Source of the DNA: an uncultured Candidatus Saccharibacteria bacterium | GTDB lineage: Bacteria > Patescibacteriota > Minisyncoccia > 2-02-FULL-40-12 > GWA2-44-9 | Direction: 5' to 3' | Length of the DNA stretch: 64,000 bases | Assembly (NCBI GenBank): GCA_964488565.1 | Contig: CAZAUE010000001.1 | Location: 42,687 to 106,686 of the forward strand | Shown: in pieces, positions 21,057 to 30,993 of the stretch | How the letters are laid out: the number at the start of each line of letters is the position of its first letter | How positions within the stretch are numbered: position 1 is the stretch's first letter | Position numbers and translations under genes: made by a program | The notes under the pieces: model-generated | The model's database searches: none | Told to the model about the DNA's origin: nothing | Seen by the model: the letters and a program-made list of their open reading frames with translations, nothing else

Positions 21057-21605
21057 TTAGAAATTGAACCTGACTCCGGCGACCCCGCGACCATCGCCGA
21101 TGGCATAGGTTCCCCAGAGGGCAACCTTACCAACCGACACTTGGACGTAGGGACCGGTTCCGATGAACCGCTGGCTGTTCACGCCGACGGCGACGGTCTT
21201 GGTCATCTGGAACGTTCCCAGATAGCGATACCAATAACCGCTTCCGCCGTGTTCGTGGAGGGAAAGGAGCGACCATCGCCCCGAGCCGAGCCACACGCTA
21301 CCGCCACCACGAAGCGGGTTGTCGGCAGTCTCCAGTCCAAGACTAGCAGACACCTCCACCCACTCGGCGGGAGCGTACGTGAGGCCGGCGTAGCCCTCAC
21401 TCCACTCCTCAGATGTCAGCGTCCAAGCCGACCATCCAAGTTTGCCCTTGAGTGGGCCGTGGACGTAGACGTTGAGCTGAGGCGTAACACCTTCCTCGCT
21501 CACCGTGTTGAACGACTCAACGTACCCAGAGGCCTGCTGAGCCTGAGCAGTCACGACCGTGAGGGTCATGATGATCGTCACGAGAACGAGTTTTGTCAGC
21601 TTCAC
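21057..21605 (-). CDS. GC-rich secreted beta-strand protein, outer-membrane beta-barrel-like
   Basis: Signal peptide (AQA), alternating aromatic/Gly strands, C-terminal VRFNF; GGAG SD before GTG. Confidence 0.7.
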   Translation of the reverse strand: MKLTKLVLVTIIMTLTVVTAQAQQASGYVESFNTVSEEGVTPQLNVYVHGPLKGKLGWSAWTLTSEEWSEGYAGLTYAPAEWVEVSASLGLETADNPLRGGGSVWLGSGRWSLLSLHEHGGSGYWYRYLGTFQMTKTVAVGVNSQRFIGTGPYVQVSVGKVALWGTYAIGDGRGVAGVRFNF

Positions 21606-21663
21606 TGTCTCTCTCCTTGCCCCTGAATGGGGCGGTTTTCAAACATCTAACCTTAATACCTAT

Positions 21664-21692
21664 ATTATAACAGATTTTAGTGAAAATTGCAA
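21664..21692 (-). promoter_or_regulatory. sigma70 promoter TTGCAA-17-TATAAT
   Basis: Read directly; TG extended -10. Confidence 0.7.
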
Positions 21693-21824
21693 GTGGCTAA
21701 ATTACTCAGTTTTTAGAGATTTTAGACAAATATTTTTGTAATTCTTATGTAGCAAAAACTGCTTTTGTGATTATTCATATTCAAACCAAAACTGGAGTAA
21801 TTTTTTTGATATTAAAAAAATTAG

Positions 21825-22595
21825 TTACCACTCCCTTCTCTTTTCTTCTATATCGCTCGGCAAATAACTTTTAGTAGCATCCTTACCCACTTCTCGTCTC
21901 ATGATATAAAGTCTTCGGTTATCATTATCAAAAAACACGTCATCCTGACCACCTTTTCCCATTTCAGTTTTTGGACCGGTCATGACGACTGGCTCAAAGC
22001 CCAAAACATTTTTCACTTCTTTTGATAACAATTCAATCGATTGGATATAATTCTCCTGAAATTTTGTTTTATTTTCAAAATAATTCCCACCAACTATGAC
22101 CGCATCAATCGTCCCACCTTCACACCTTTTCTTTAATTCTTCCAACTGTGTTCTCAGGTCATCGGTAAGCTTGTTTTTAAACTTTCTAAAATTTAAAAAA
22201 TACTCTGGGTCTTGATGAGTTAAAAACGATATGTTTTTACCTGTTTCTTTATCTGTGCCTGTCACTATCAATCCTGTGCAATTTTTAAATGATTTAGAAA
22301 ATTTGCTTAAATCATCAATCGAAGACATGACGTATGAGTAAGCGCCAGCATTTTTAATTTTTTGCTTGTTTAATTCCTCTGGATCTCCATACCAATCAAT
22401 GTTTCTATTAGAGTTTTCTTCCGAAGATGAGTCCAAAAGAACTTCTTCTGGTTCTATTCCATTAAGCTCATCTCTAAACTGTTCAGGTGTTCCTATACAA
22501 GCTATTATTGGTCTCACACCTTCCCTGAGATGCTCAGATTTGAGAGGATTCTTCTGTTCTTCTTTTTTTGGTGTAAATCTTTCAAAAAATTTCAT
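21825..22595 (-). CDS. Hypothetical protein
   Basis: 256-aa ORF; NCTG...FLTH...VGGN pattern may indicate a Cys/His catalytic fold (weak). Confidence 0.65.
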   Translation of the reverse strand: MKFFERFTPKKEEQKNPLKSEHLREGVRPIIACIGTPEQFRDELNGIEPEEVLLDSSSEENSNRNIDWYGDPEELNKQKIKNAGAYSYVMSSIDDLSKFSKSFKNCTGLIVTGTDKETGKNISFLTHQDPEYFLNFRKFKNKLTDDLRTQLEELKKRCEGGTIDAVIVGGNYFENKTKFQENYIQSIELLSKEVKNVLGFEPVVMTGPKTEMGKGGQDDVFFDNDNRRLYIMRREVGKDATKSYLPSDIEEKRREW

Positions 22596-22629
22596 GGATA
22601 ATATTTGTTAAAATGGTTTAAATTATTAT

Positions 22630-22659
22630 TTACTAACGAAAGAAAATTGGAACCTCAAA
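22630..22659. repeat. Direct repeat copy 1 (duplicate of 3' end of gene 25923-26342)
   Basis: TTACTAACGAAAGAAAATTGGAACCTCAAA; 29/30 identical to 25920-25949. Confidence 0.85.
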
Positions 22660-22727
22660 CTGACTTAAAGCCTAACATTTTTACTTCTAAAAACATATCA
22701 TTCAATTTCAAATCCAAGAAAGTTCCT

Positions 22728-25340
22728 CTAGCTTATCCTTTTCATTAATCTTTTACGAATAAAAATCCATTTCCCAAATTCAACTGCTAAAATATTTATT
22801 AGGCCTATCAAGGCAACTCCTAAAAGCCAGTAGAAAGGCAACGAGGTTGTTTTTAACAAAGACTGCATAAATGGAACATAAATGGCTATGGCCATAAGAA
22901 AAATTCCAATTCCAACACCTGCAACTAAATAATCGTTTGAAAAAACCGGATATTTGAAGATGCTTTTTTCTAAACTTCTTAAGGAAAATGCCAAAAATAA
23001 AGTATAACTTCCAAAACTGGCAAAAATAAATGTTCTCACAAGATCCTCCGCAAAACCTGCCTGTAGCAAGAACCAGTACAACACGAACAGGAGGGCGCTC
23101 GTGGAAAGGCCAATGAATAAAATTAAGAATCTCATCACAGGATCAAAAAGGCCCACTTTTGTACTCTGGGGACGGAAAGCTAAACCGTCAATATTCTTTT
23201 CAAAAGCGAATGCGACAGCCGGAAAACTATCAGAGAAAAAATTAACATATAAAATCTGAAGCGCGTTCAGTGGAAGAGCTAAGCCAACCAACAAAGCCCC
23301 GCCAATTAAAAAAAGCTCGTCAGCAGTATTAGAAAGAAGGTACACTAGAACTTTACGGATATTATGCATAATTTGCCGACCTTCTTCCACTGCCACAGCA
23401 ATGGTTTCAAAATTATCATCCAACAATACAAGGTCTGCGACATCTCGGGCCACTTCTGTCCCCGAGCCCATGGCAATACCAATATCTGCCTGCTTGATAC
23501 TCGGTGCGTCATTTACACCGTCGCCAGTCATTGCCACAACTTCTCCAGTCTCTTGAAATGCTTTTACCATTCTCATCTTATCAAGCGGGGATACACGGGA
23601 AATAACTCCTAAGTATGGCAAACGTTTTTTGAGATCCACATCCGAAAGAAGTTTAAGTTCTGAAGAATCAAGAATGCTTTCTTTATCAATTTCAAGGCCG
23701 ACTTCTTTGGCTACAGCTTCAGCGGTACCGCGATGATCACCGGTCATTACAATTATTCTTATCCCCGATTCTTGCACTTTACGAACTGCCTCCTTAACTT
23801 TTGGCCTGATCGGATCGTGCATGGTAATTAATCCTTGAAATACAAGATTCGTTAATTCTAAGTCCTTTGAGAAAGTAAAATCTTCTTTTTTTTCAATTTC
23901 TTTTATCGCCACACCAACAACAAGTTCACCGGATTCAGCAAGAGAGCCAATTTCTTTTAAAGCAAAATCTCGATCAGTAGGGCTTAGTGTCGAATGTTCA
24001 ATAAAAATATCCGGTGCGCCGAAGAATAAAAGAAAATGTTTTTCCCCGTCATGTATCAATGAAGAGGAAAATTTATTCGCCGCATTAAACGGAAGTGAGT
24101 TTAAGATTGAGGTTCTTTTTTTAACATCTTCCACAAATATGTCTCGTAGAGCAGCCGACCTCACTAACGCCATCTCCAATATTCGTCCGCTGATCCGCCA
24201 CTCTTTTGGCGAATCGGTGGGATTCTCTATCAAAACATTGGTATTGACCAGGGCTAGTTCAAGCAGTCTTTTTTCTTCCACACCTTCAACCGGAATCACC
24301 TTGCTTAATTCCATTTTTGCCATTGTTAATGTTCCTGTTTTGTCGGTGAGAATTACACTGGTATCCCCCAGTGTTTCAGCCGCAATTAATTTTCTAATAA
24401 CGCCTTTGCGCCGTGCCATACGCTGAACTCCTATTGCCAAAATAACCGTCATGGCTATTGGCAAACCTTCTGGAACGGCCGAAACGGCTATTGCCACAGA
24501 TGTTAGAAACATGTCTACGCGTGAATATCCCAAAGCAAGTCCTGTGACAAAGATAATAAGCGTAAGGATGCACAAAAAAATTCCCGCTTTTACACTAAAG
24601 CGTCTTATTGCATCTTGCAACGGAGTTTCTTCCCTCTGTGAGTCCGCAACTAAAGACGCAATTTTCCCCAGTTCTGTCGAAAAACCAGTGCGACATATCA
24701 CCGCGGTACCAATGCCTTGTGCGACAAGAGTTCCAGCAAAAACCATCGGGCACTGATCGCCAACGGACACATCTTCATTCACAAGGTCAATTGATTTTGA
24801 TGTCGGCAGAGATTCTCCTGTAAGAATTGCTTCATCAATCTGCAAATCGTTAACAAATATGAGTCGCCCATCAGCGGGAATGCGGTCTCCTTGGGCGAGA
24901 TGAATAATATCTCCTGGTACCAACTCTGTGGCATCTATTTCGCGTTCGATATCGCTACGAATAACCCTAGCCCTCTGCTTAAGATAAGTTTTAAGTTCGG
25001 CTAAAGCTTTCACAGCTTTATACTCCTGATAAAAACCCAACACAGCATTGGCAATTATAGCTGCAAAAATAAAAAGCGCATCGCGATAATGAGCAATAAA
25101 TAAAGTGACGATCCCAGCAAACAACAGAATCAAAATCAGCGGACTCTTGAATTGGTTTAATAAAATAAAAAAACCTGGAGCTCGCTGGGTCTTTTCAATG
25201 ATATTGGGCCCAAAAACTTTTATTCTTCTTTCTGCCTCACTTTCTGCAAGACCACTACGATCATTAGTTTCTAACACCTCAACAACTTTTGAAGGTGACA
25301 GAGACCAAAATGGTTGTACCTCTATGGTTTTCTGAATCAT
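22728..25340 (-). CDS. Cation-transporting P-type ATPase (P2A, Ca2+-like)
   Basis: TGES, PEGL, DKTGT, TGDGVND, QILYVN. Confidence 0.92.
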   Translation of the reverse strand: MIQKTIEVQPFWSLSPSKVVEVLETNDRSGLAESEAERRIKVFGPNIIEKTQRAPGFFILLNQFKSPLILILLFAGIVTLFIAHYRDALFIFAAIIANAVLGFYQEYKAVKALAELKTYLKQRARVIRSDIEREIDATELVPGDIIHLAQGDRIPADGRLIFVNDLQIDEAILTGESLPTSKSIDLVNEDVSVGDQCPMVFAGTLVAQGIGTAVICRTGFSTELGKIASLVADSQREETPLQDAIRRFSVKAGIFLCILTLIIFVTGLALGYSRVDMFLTSVAIAVSAVPEGLPIAMTVILAIGVQRMARRKGVIRKLIAAETLGDTSVILTDKTGTLTMAKMELSKVIPVEGVEEKRLLELALVNTNVLIENPTDSPKEWRISGRILEMALVRSAALRDIFVEDVKKRTSILNSLPFNAANKFSSSLIHDGEKHFLLFFGAPDIFIEHSTLSPTDRDFALKEIGSLAESGELVVGVAIKEIEKKEDFTFSKDLELTNLVFQGLITMHDPIRPKVKEAVRKVQESGIRIIVMTGDHRGTAEAVAKEVGLEIDKESILDSSELKLLSDVDLKKRLPYLGVISRVSPLDKMRMVKAFQETGEVVAMTGDGVNDAPSIKQADIGIAMGSGTEVARDVADLVLLDDNFETIAVAVEEGRQIMHNIRKVLVYLLSNTADELFLIGGALLVGLALPLNALQILYVNFFSDSFPAVAFAFEKNIDGLAFRPQSTKVGLFDPVMRFLILFIGLSTSALLFVLYWFLLQAGFAEDLVRTFIFASFGSYTLFLAFSLRSLEKSIFKYPVFSNDYLVAGVGIGIFLMAIAIYVPFMQSLLKTTSLPFYWLLGVALIGLINILAVEFGKWIFIRKRLMKRIS

Positions 25341-25888
25341 AAGGATTTAGCAATTAAACCGATTATCAATATTCCTGCAGAATTTAAAACAAATGACAGT
25401 AAAATAAAATATGAATTTTTCACCTTTGATAAGCCGAGCATTGTTACCCCAATTTCATCTGGCAATGGCGAGGCTATTATCAAAGCTCCAACAAGAGGAA
25501 TAATCCACCTAAAAAGATTTAATTTAAAAATTGAGAATAATCTTTCTGATTTTGATATCTTAATCAAGTAGTAAAAATGTTCGAAAACCCTATCTTTTAC
25601 AAAACGAAAAATTATCAAATCTCCAATCAAGGCGCCAAAACCGCCCAATATGGCCATCGTGATAACAGAATTTGATTGGGCTATTTCTCCAAGAGCCACT
25701 GTTGCCGGAGCAGCAGTAAAAACAGAAACAAATAAAATACCGGCAATAAAACTGCCAATGAATCTCATTTCCTGAGTTGATGTAATCAAATCTTGAAGAG
25801 CTCCGGTTTTGGCGAGAATAATGGCTATGAAAACGCTGAATGTGACGAGTGCCAAGTCTCTAACTAAGTTGTTTGCATAGTTATTCAT
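25337..25888 (-). CDS. Membrane protein
   Basis: Multiple TM helices, SPLPDE motif; overlaps ATPase start. Confidence 0.75.
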   Translation of the reverse strand: MNNYANNLVRDLALVTFSVFIAIILAKTGALQDLITSTQEMRFIGSFIAGILFVSVFTAAPATVALGEIAQSNSVITMAILGGFGALIGDLIIFRFVKDRVFEHFYYLIKISKSERLFSIFKLNLFRWIIPLVGALIIASPLPDEIGVTMLGLSKVKNSYFILLSFVLNSAGILIIGLIAKSL

Positions 25889-25919
25889 ATTGAAACCAAA
25901 TATAGTTTAATGTTTTTAG

Positions 25920-25949
25920 TTACTACCGAAAGAAAATTGGAACCTCAAA
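25920..25949. repeat. Direct repeat copy 2
   Basis: TTACTACCGAAAGAAAATTGGAACCTCAAA. Confidence 0.85.
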
Positions 25950-26342
25950 GGCGTCGTCATGTTCAGGTAATCCTGAGGGGTTATCTTTTTTTAAAATAAT
26001 CCAACCGTTGTTTTTGACCACCGATTTTGTAAATGAGATTTCAGCTCGGAAAGGCACGTAGTCTGTAGTCATCCATTCACCTTCGGCTTGAGCGATACCT
26101 TGTCCAATAATTAAACCGTCCCAATCTACAACAAATACTGGAAATGATGCTTCAAAAAACCAATTTCCCCGTGCCTTGCCCTCAATCACGACAGGGGAAG
26201 AAATGTATTCACCAGCTGTCGGACTAGTTAACATAACAAGGTCTTTGTATTGGCTCGGCTCACCTTTCTGATAATTTTGCCAAAACCAAAAGCATTCGCC
26301 TGAAATAATTAGTACCAAAAGAATAATAAGTAGTTTTTTCAT
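25923..26342 (-). CDS. Gmad2 immunoglobulin-like domain protein
   Basis: GKARGNWFFEASFP, WMTTDYVPF, DNPSGLPE. Confidence 0.85.
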   Translation of the reverse strand: MKKLLIILLVLIISGECFWFWQNYQKGEPSQYKDLVMLTSPTAGEYISSPVVIEGKARGNWFFEASFPVFVVDWDGLIIGQGIAQAEGEWMTTDYVPFRAEISFTKSVVKNNGWIILKKDNPSGLPEHDDAFEVPIFFR

Positions 26343-26426
26343 ATTGTTTGAAACTTACCATAACAATAACACGACTCTAAAAAACGATGAAGCCCACGAA
26401 GACCTCTTGGGTTCATCGTGGGCAGT

Positions 26427-26627
26427 CTATAAACGGAAAGGCTTTTCCTTGAGAAAACCAATTTGTTCTCGAAGCCGTTTAGCTCTTTCTCTCATCGGTC
26501 TCACCTGGTGAGTTGACCAACCACCCGACAGGCTTTCGTCAGCCCATCGTTCCATCTGAATCACATCTTCCTCCAGCAATCTGATCGCTTCGCGCGTCCT
26601 CATCGCTTCCCGTTCTTTTTCTGTCAT
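26427..26627 (-). CDS. Small hypothetical protein in its own transcription unit
   Basis: AAGGAG SD, TTGTCA-16-TATTAT promoter, hairpin + U-run at 26380-26423. Confidence 0.6.
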   Translation of the reverse strand: MTEKEREAMRTREAIRLLEEDVIQMERWADESLSGGWSTHQVRPMRERAKRLREQIGFLKEKPFRL

Positions 26628-26740
26628 TGCAGACTCCTTGTCCTGATAGTATTTCCAATATAATACGCTATTTTATATTTTTGACAAGTGATGGACATTG
26701 GTGTCTGGTACTGGATACGGTGATAAGTGGTTTTTTATAT

Positions 26741-27301
26741 TTACTTTTTAAAACATTTATTCATGTGATCATTAACCATGCCGACCGCCTGCATGTGAGC
26801 ATAAAGAGTGATTGGTCCGAGAAATTTAAAACCGCGTTTCTTTAAATCTTTAGCCCAAATTTCGGCTTCACGACTGACCGGTTTATAATCTCTGACCTTT
26901 ATTATTTTATTAACTATGGGCTTGTTGCCGACAAATTGCCACATATATTTGGAAAATGTGCCGAACTCTTTTTTTACTTCCAAAAACTTTTTGGCATTAT
27001 TTATTGCCGCTTCTATCTTTGCCCCGTTTCTGACGATACCCTTATCTTTCAAAAGCCGATTCAAATCTTTTTTAGAAAATTTTGAAACTTTCATCGGCTC
27101 AAAATTGGCAAAAGCTTTTTCAAAATTAACTCTTTTATTCAAAATTGTCCGCCAACTTAATCCTGCCTGAAAACTTTCAAGCGTCAAAAATTCAAATATT
27201 TTTCTGTCGTTGTGCAAAGGAACTCCCCACTCTTGGTCATGATAATCCTCCATGAGTTTATCACCCTCTTTAACCCATGCACATCGTTTAAGATGTTTCA
27301 T
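26741..27301 (-). CDS. tag: DNA-3-methyladenine glycosylase I
   Basis: RCAW, YHDQEWG, LESFQAGLSW, MQAVGMVNDH..C. Confidence 0.95.
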   Translation of the reverse strand: MKHLKRCAWVKEGDKLMEDYHDQEWGVPLHNDRKIFEFLTLESFQAGLSWRTILNKRVNFEKAFANFEPMKVSKFSKKDLNRLLKDKGIVRNGAKIEAAINNAKKFLEVKKEFGTFSKYMWQFVGNKPIVNKIIKVRDYKPVSREAEIWAKDLKKRGFKFLGPITLYAHMQAVGMVNDHMNKCFKK

Positions 27302-27306
27302 AAATT

Positions 27307-27528
27307 TTAGCGATGAGTGCATCCAGCCCAACAACAAGGCCGACGCATTCCCCCTTTAAGCTTTGAGATTGCCTTCTTAAGGCGGATATTCCTCGTCTCC
27401 GCTTTTTTGCCGGATGTAACCCAGCAAACCCATTCATTCCGTGCGAGTGGAGTAATATCCTCCCAGACCGTTCGTACTGCTGGCGTTGAGTTAACAACTT
27501 TTTTTAAGTCTCCTGGAACTTTATGCAT
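27307..27528 (-). CDS. YdeI/OmpD-associated family protein
   Basis: TPLARNEWVCWVTSGKKAETR, RRPCCWAGC. Confidence 0.85.
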   Translation of the reverse strand: MHKVPGDLKKVVNSTPAVRTVWEDITPLARNEWVCWVTSGKKAETRNIRLKKAISKLKGGMRRPCCWAGCTHR

Positions 27529-27623
27529 TGTAGAGTCATTATTAATATTTTTATTTTATTGCTACCCAGCAAGGTGTTTTTAGCTATCCTGAATTTTACC
27601 ACAACGACAGGTCTCGAGCAGGT

Positions 27624-28508
27624 TTAAATTTTTACTTTTCTAATTGCAGAGTTCCAAAATATCGACTGCAATGATTTTAAAACTTCCTTTAAGTTTATTG
27701 GGCTAAAAAGTATCGGTAAGAAAGTGTTGGCTAATCCCAAAGAAACAATTCCATACATAAATGTCAAAAAATCTACCTTAAATATTGTCATCAACCATAT
27801 TGGCCCATAATTATAGTGATAAAGAACAGAATATCCAAAAAGATGCAAAAAAGCGTAAGTGCCTGCAATCCATGGTTTTACTTTATACCCCCACAAATCA
27901 ATGAGTTCGCTTTGCTTAACCTCAATAGACTGATACCGATAAGAATGTGGGTCTGATAAGCGGTCAAAAATTTTAATTTTTTCTCCAGAAACTAAATACT
28001 GGAGAGCTGCTACTATCTGAAAAATAAACTTCCAAAATCCAGCTTGAATTGTATGAAACCATAAAAGTTTAAACCTTATCCAAAACCCTCTAATAGGTTT
28101 CGTTGTTTTTACATGCCAATCATATACTATTTCTAATAACCTTCTACCATCAATTTCTTTGTCTTTATGGTAAAGTTTATTGTTTTCAATATTGTAAAAA
28201 AAATCTCCTTCTGAAATAAGGTCTATGGGCCAGTTCGATTTTCTTTTATATTCGTTGGGCGAAAGAACTATTCCATCTCCATCAGGCGCCTCTTTACCGT
28301 AACTTGCGGTTGCAATAACCGATTTTAATGAGTTTTGATTATTAAACTCTTCATTTTTAATATATACACGAAAAAGAGATTTAAACTCAGCTGCGTCGCT
28401 AGTTCTGTATACACTAAAGCCGACTGCCACATCAATCAAGTCAATAGGTCCTAAGAATCTTCCCCACGGTAGACTAAAGAGTGATTTAAATTTTTCTTTC
28501 ATAACCAT
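27624..28508 (-). CDS. Hypothetical membrane protein
   Basis: Long AT-rich ORF with C-terminal TM helices; start uncertain. Confidence 0.65.
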   Translation of the reverse strand: MVMKEKFKSLFSLPWGRFLGPIDLIDVAVGFSVYRTSDAAEFKSLFRVYIKNEEFNNQNSLKSVIATASYGKEAPDGDGIVLSPNEYKRKSNWPIDLISEGDFFYNIENNKLYHKDKEIDGRRLLEIVYDWHVKTTKPIRGFWIRFKLLWFHTIQAGFWKFIFQIVAALQYLVSGEKIKIFDRLSDPHSYRYQSIEVKQSELIDLWGYKVKPWIAGTYAFLHLFGYSVLYHYNYGPIWLMTIFKVDFLTFMYGIVSLGLANTFLPILFSPINLKEVLKSLQSIFWNSAIRKVKI

Positions 28509-28594
28509 GACTAGCAACTTAAATTTATTGACGTTCCTTAGGTGCGTAGAACTATGCTCAAATGGTACCCGCCACCTACTGGCACTGGGCACTA

Positions 28595-28821
28595 CACTCG
28601 TTTCACTTGTGCTGCGGGACTTGGGATCAATTTCGGTTTGAGCTGCGGGACTTGGAATCTCACGTCGTGAGTAAAATGACTCGCAAGGCCTAGCATTTTA
28701 CTCACTCCTTGAAACCCCTCGGTTTCAATACTTCCGCCACGGGAGACCCATAGTTCTCCCGACCCCTCTCCATTCGAATCCAAGCCCCTTGCACTCGTTT
28801 CACTCGTGCTGCGGGACTTGG
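28595..28821. repeat. Repeated tRNA-Gln 3'-end fragments
   Basis: CACTCGTTTCACTYGTGCTGCGGGACTTGG at 28595-28624 and 28792-28821; GCTGCGGGACTTGGA at 28642-28656; inverted TTCGAATCCAAG at 28773-28784. Confidence 0.8.
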
Positions 28822-28879
28822 ATTCGAACCAAGATACTGGGCTTCAAAGGCCCATGTCCTACCATTAGACGATCCCGCA
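28809..28879 (-). tRNA. tRNA-Gln(UUG)
   Basis: TGCGGGA acceptor stem, TAATGGTA D-loop, cTTTGaa anticodon loop, GGTTCGAATCC T-arm; CCA not encoded. Confidence 0.95.
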
Positions 28880-28948
28880 AATATTAGTTATGATAAACCA
28901 AAATTAAGACTTTTTCAATAATAATCAGGACTTTTAGGAACCCGCCAC

Positions 28949-29518
28949 ATGAAACACAATAGTCTACTTGAACAATTAAATTTTCTAAAAATCGCACTAT
29001 TGGATTATAAAATAGGCGCTCTTTCCAGAAGCTCAAAATATGTAGTGAATGCTGTGGTGCGTGACTTTGATAATCAATCCCTACAAAAAGTTGTTGAGTT
29101 TGGACCCGGTGATGGTGTTATGACCAAAGAATTGTTGCATCGAATGCCTTCGCATGGACAACTAATTATCATCGAATCAAGTCCCCGATTCATAGAAGTT
29201 TTGAAAAAAATAGAAGATCCACGACTGAAAATTATTGAGGGAACAATTCAAGACGCATTAAAAGAACTAGAAAAAAACCAATTATCAAACATTGACCTTG
29301 TGGTATCAAGTATCCCCTTTTCAATGCTTAAACCAGACGAACGAGATAAAGTCGTTCATGACACGTTCAACATACTCCACAACAACGGCGAATTTGTTAT
29401 TTTTCATCAATATTCCAGACTAATGCTCACTCCGCTTAAAAAATATTTCAATAATGTGACCTCGCATTTTGAACCTCGCAATTTTTTGCCGTGTTTTATT
29501 ATGTACGCTAAAAAATAG
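28949..29518 (+). CDS. SAM-dependent methyltransferase (PmtA/phospholipid N-methyltransferase-like)
   Basis: IGALSRSSKY, VVEFGPGDG, VVSSIPF, FHQYS, RNFLP. Confidence 0.8.
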   Translation: MKHNSLLEQLNFLKIALLDYKIGALSRSSKYVVNAVVRDFDNQSLQKVVEFGPGDGVMTKELLHRMPSHGQLIIIESSPRFIEVLKKIEDPRLKIIEGTIQDALKELEKNQLSNIDLVVSSIPFSMLKPDERDKVVHDTFNILHNNGEFVIFHQYSRLMLTPLKKYFNNVTSHFEPRNFLPCFIMYAKK

Positions 29519-29555
29519 ATTATTAATCTATTGAGTTTTTAGAGTTCTCAAAAAG

Positions 29556-30623
29556 TTAATTATTTGCCAATAACTCAAGTACTGCCAGTTCTAGTGGTAG
29601 TTGAACTACCGGAGAAGTTTTAATTTCATTTCTAGCTGAAGTGAAAACGTTTATCATTTGAATCATTCTGACTCCATCAATCTGCCAAGCTTGCCCAGCC
29701 TGATTTAGTGCTGGTTCTTCACCAACTGATGCCAGGGTCGCGGGATTAACTTTGGACATCAAAACCTTTCTAAGGTATTCAATAAAGTCTTTAGTAAAAT
29801 GTTCTAAATCTACTCCCGATTCATGAATCCTTTGAATAAACTGAAGGGCTGATACCTTGTCATTATTTACCAGATAGCCAAAAAATTCTGGATGATACTT
29901 AAAAGAAACCAATCCAAGGGCGCTGGTCACTTCATCGGCACTTATTTTGCCTTGATATGAAAGAAACTTGGAAAGCAAAACCTCGGCATCACGAAGTGCA
30001 CCATCAGAAGCAATAGCAATCGCTCTCAAACCTTCATCTTCCACATTAATTTTTTCAGCTTTAGCTACTTCTTTTAGTTTCACGGAAATCTGGCTTGGGG
30101 TCAGACGCCTAAAATCAAATCTCTGAACACGAGAAAGGACTGTCGGTAAAATTTTGTGTGGTTCAGTGGTAGCAAGAATAAAAATTACATGACTTGGTGG
30201 TTCTTCGAGTGTTTTCAATAAAGCATTGAACGCAGATTTGGAAAGCATGTGCACCTCGTCAATAATAAAGACCTTATAGCCCCCACTAGGGGCGGCGACG
30301 GTTGAAGATTCAGTCAATTCGCGAATATTCTCAACTCCTGTCTGAGATGCAGCATCTACCTCAATCATGTCCATGAGGTTGCCGTGATTAACACTGAGGC
30401 ACGAATCACACTCATTACATGGCTCTCCGTTTTTTATCTTCTTGCAATTAAGAGCTTTGGCAAAAATTCTTGCTAAAGTAGTTTTTCCTGTTCCCCTTGG
30501 TCCGGTAAACAAATAAGCATGACCTATTCGGCCGGTCGTTAATGCTCCTTTTAGTGTTTTAACCACATGCTCCTGCCCGACTACTTCGGCAAATGTCTGT
30601 GGTCTATATTTTCTATACAACAT
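29556..30623 (-). CDS. dnaX: DNA polymerase III subunit gamma/tau
   Basis: LYRKYRPQTF, GPRGTGKTT, IIDEVHML, SRVQ. Confidence 0.96.
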   Translation of the reverse strand: MLYRKYRPQTFAEVVGQEHVVKTLKGALTTGRIGHAYLFTGPRGTGKTTLARIFAKALNCKKIKNGEPCNECDSCLSVNHGNLMDMIEVDAASQTGVENIRELTESSTVAAPSGGYKVFIIDEVHMLSKSAFNALLKTLEEPPSHVIFILATTEPHKILPTVLSRVQRFDFRRLTPSQISVKLKEVAKAEKINVEDEGLRAIAIASDGALRDAEVLLSKFLSYQGKISADEVTSALGLVSFKYHPEFFGYLVNNDKVSALQFIQRIHESGVDLEHFTKDFIEYLRKVLMSKVNPATLASVGEEPALNQAGQAWQIDGVRMIQMINVFTSARNEIKTSPVVQLPLELAVLELLANN

Positions 30624-30674
30624 GTAAATAGATTACCGTAATTTTAAAAAATAAAAAAGCCCACAATAAGTGAG

Positions 30675-30914
30675 CTACTCCAACCAATCAAGATCCTTCA
30701 GTGCCTGACACTCGTCACACAGTTGCTTGGGAGGATTAACATAACATTCCGGCTTGGTATCGGCCAACCCATTACAACTATTACAGTAAAAGTACATAGG
30801 CGAACCGGCAGGAAGATCTGAATTTTTAATTTGCTTTTTCTTAGCATTCTCCTTGCGTCTTTTGGCAAGAGCTTTCAAGGCAAAATCTTTTCCCTTTACG
30901 GTTGCCAGTGGCAT
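30675..30914 (-). CDS. Small Cys-rich (CxxC...CxxC) hypothetical protein
   Basis: CNSC, CDEC; GAGGG upstream of ATG. Confidence 0.6.
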   Translation of the reverse strand: MPLATVKGKDFALKALAKRRKENAKKKQIKNSDLPAGSPMYFYCNSCNGLADTKPECYVNPPKQLCDECQALKDLDWLE

Positions 30915-30993
30915 CTTTTTTCCCTCGTCTGATTTTTAAGCTAAATAAAGATACCACACATCGTAGAATTGTAAATAGTTAATACCGAGTAGT

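Noticed and set aside
21036-21626. 196-aa plus-strand ORF
   Set aside because: Antisense shadow of the GC-rich gene; promoter, SD and terminator all point to the minus strand
28595-28821. CRISPR array
   Set aside because: Only 2-3 unequal copies with irregular spacing, identical to the tRNA 3' end; no cas genes
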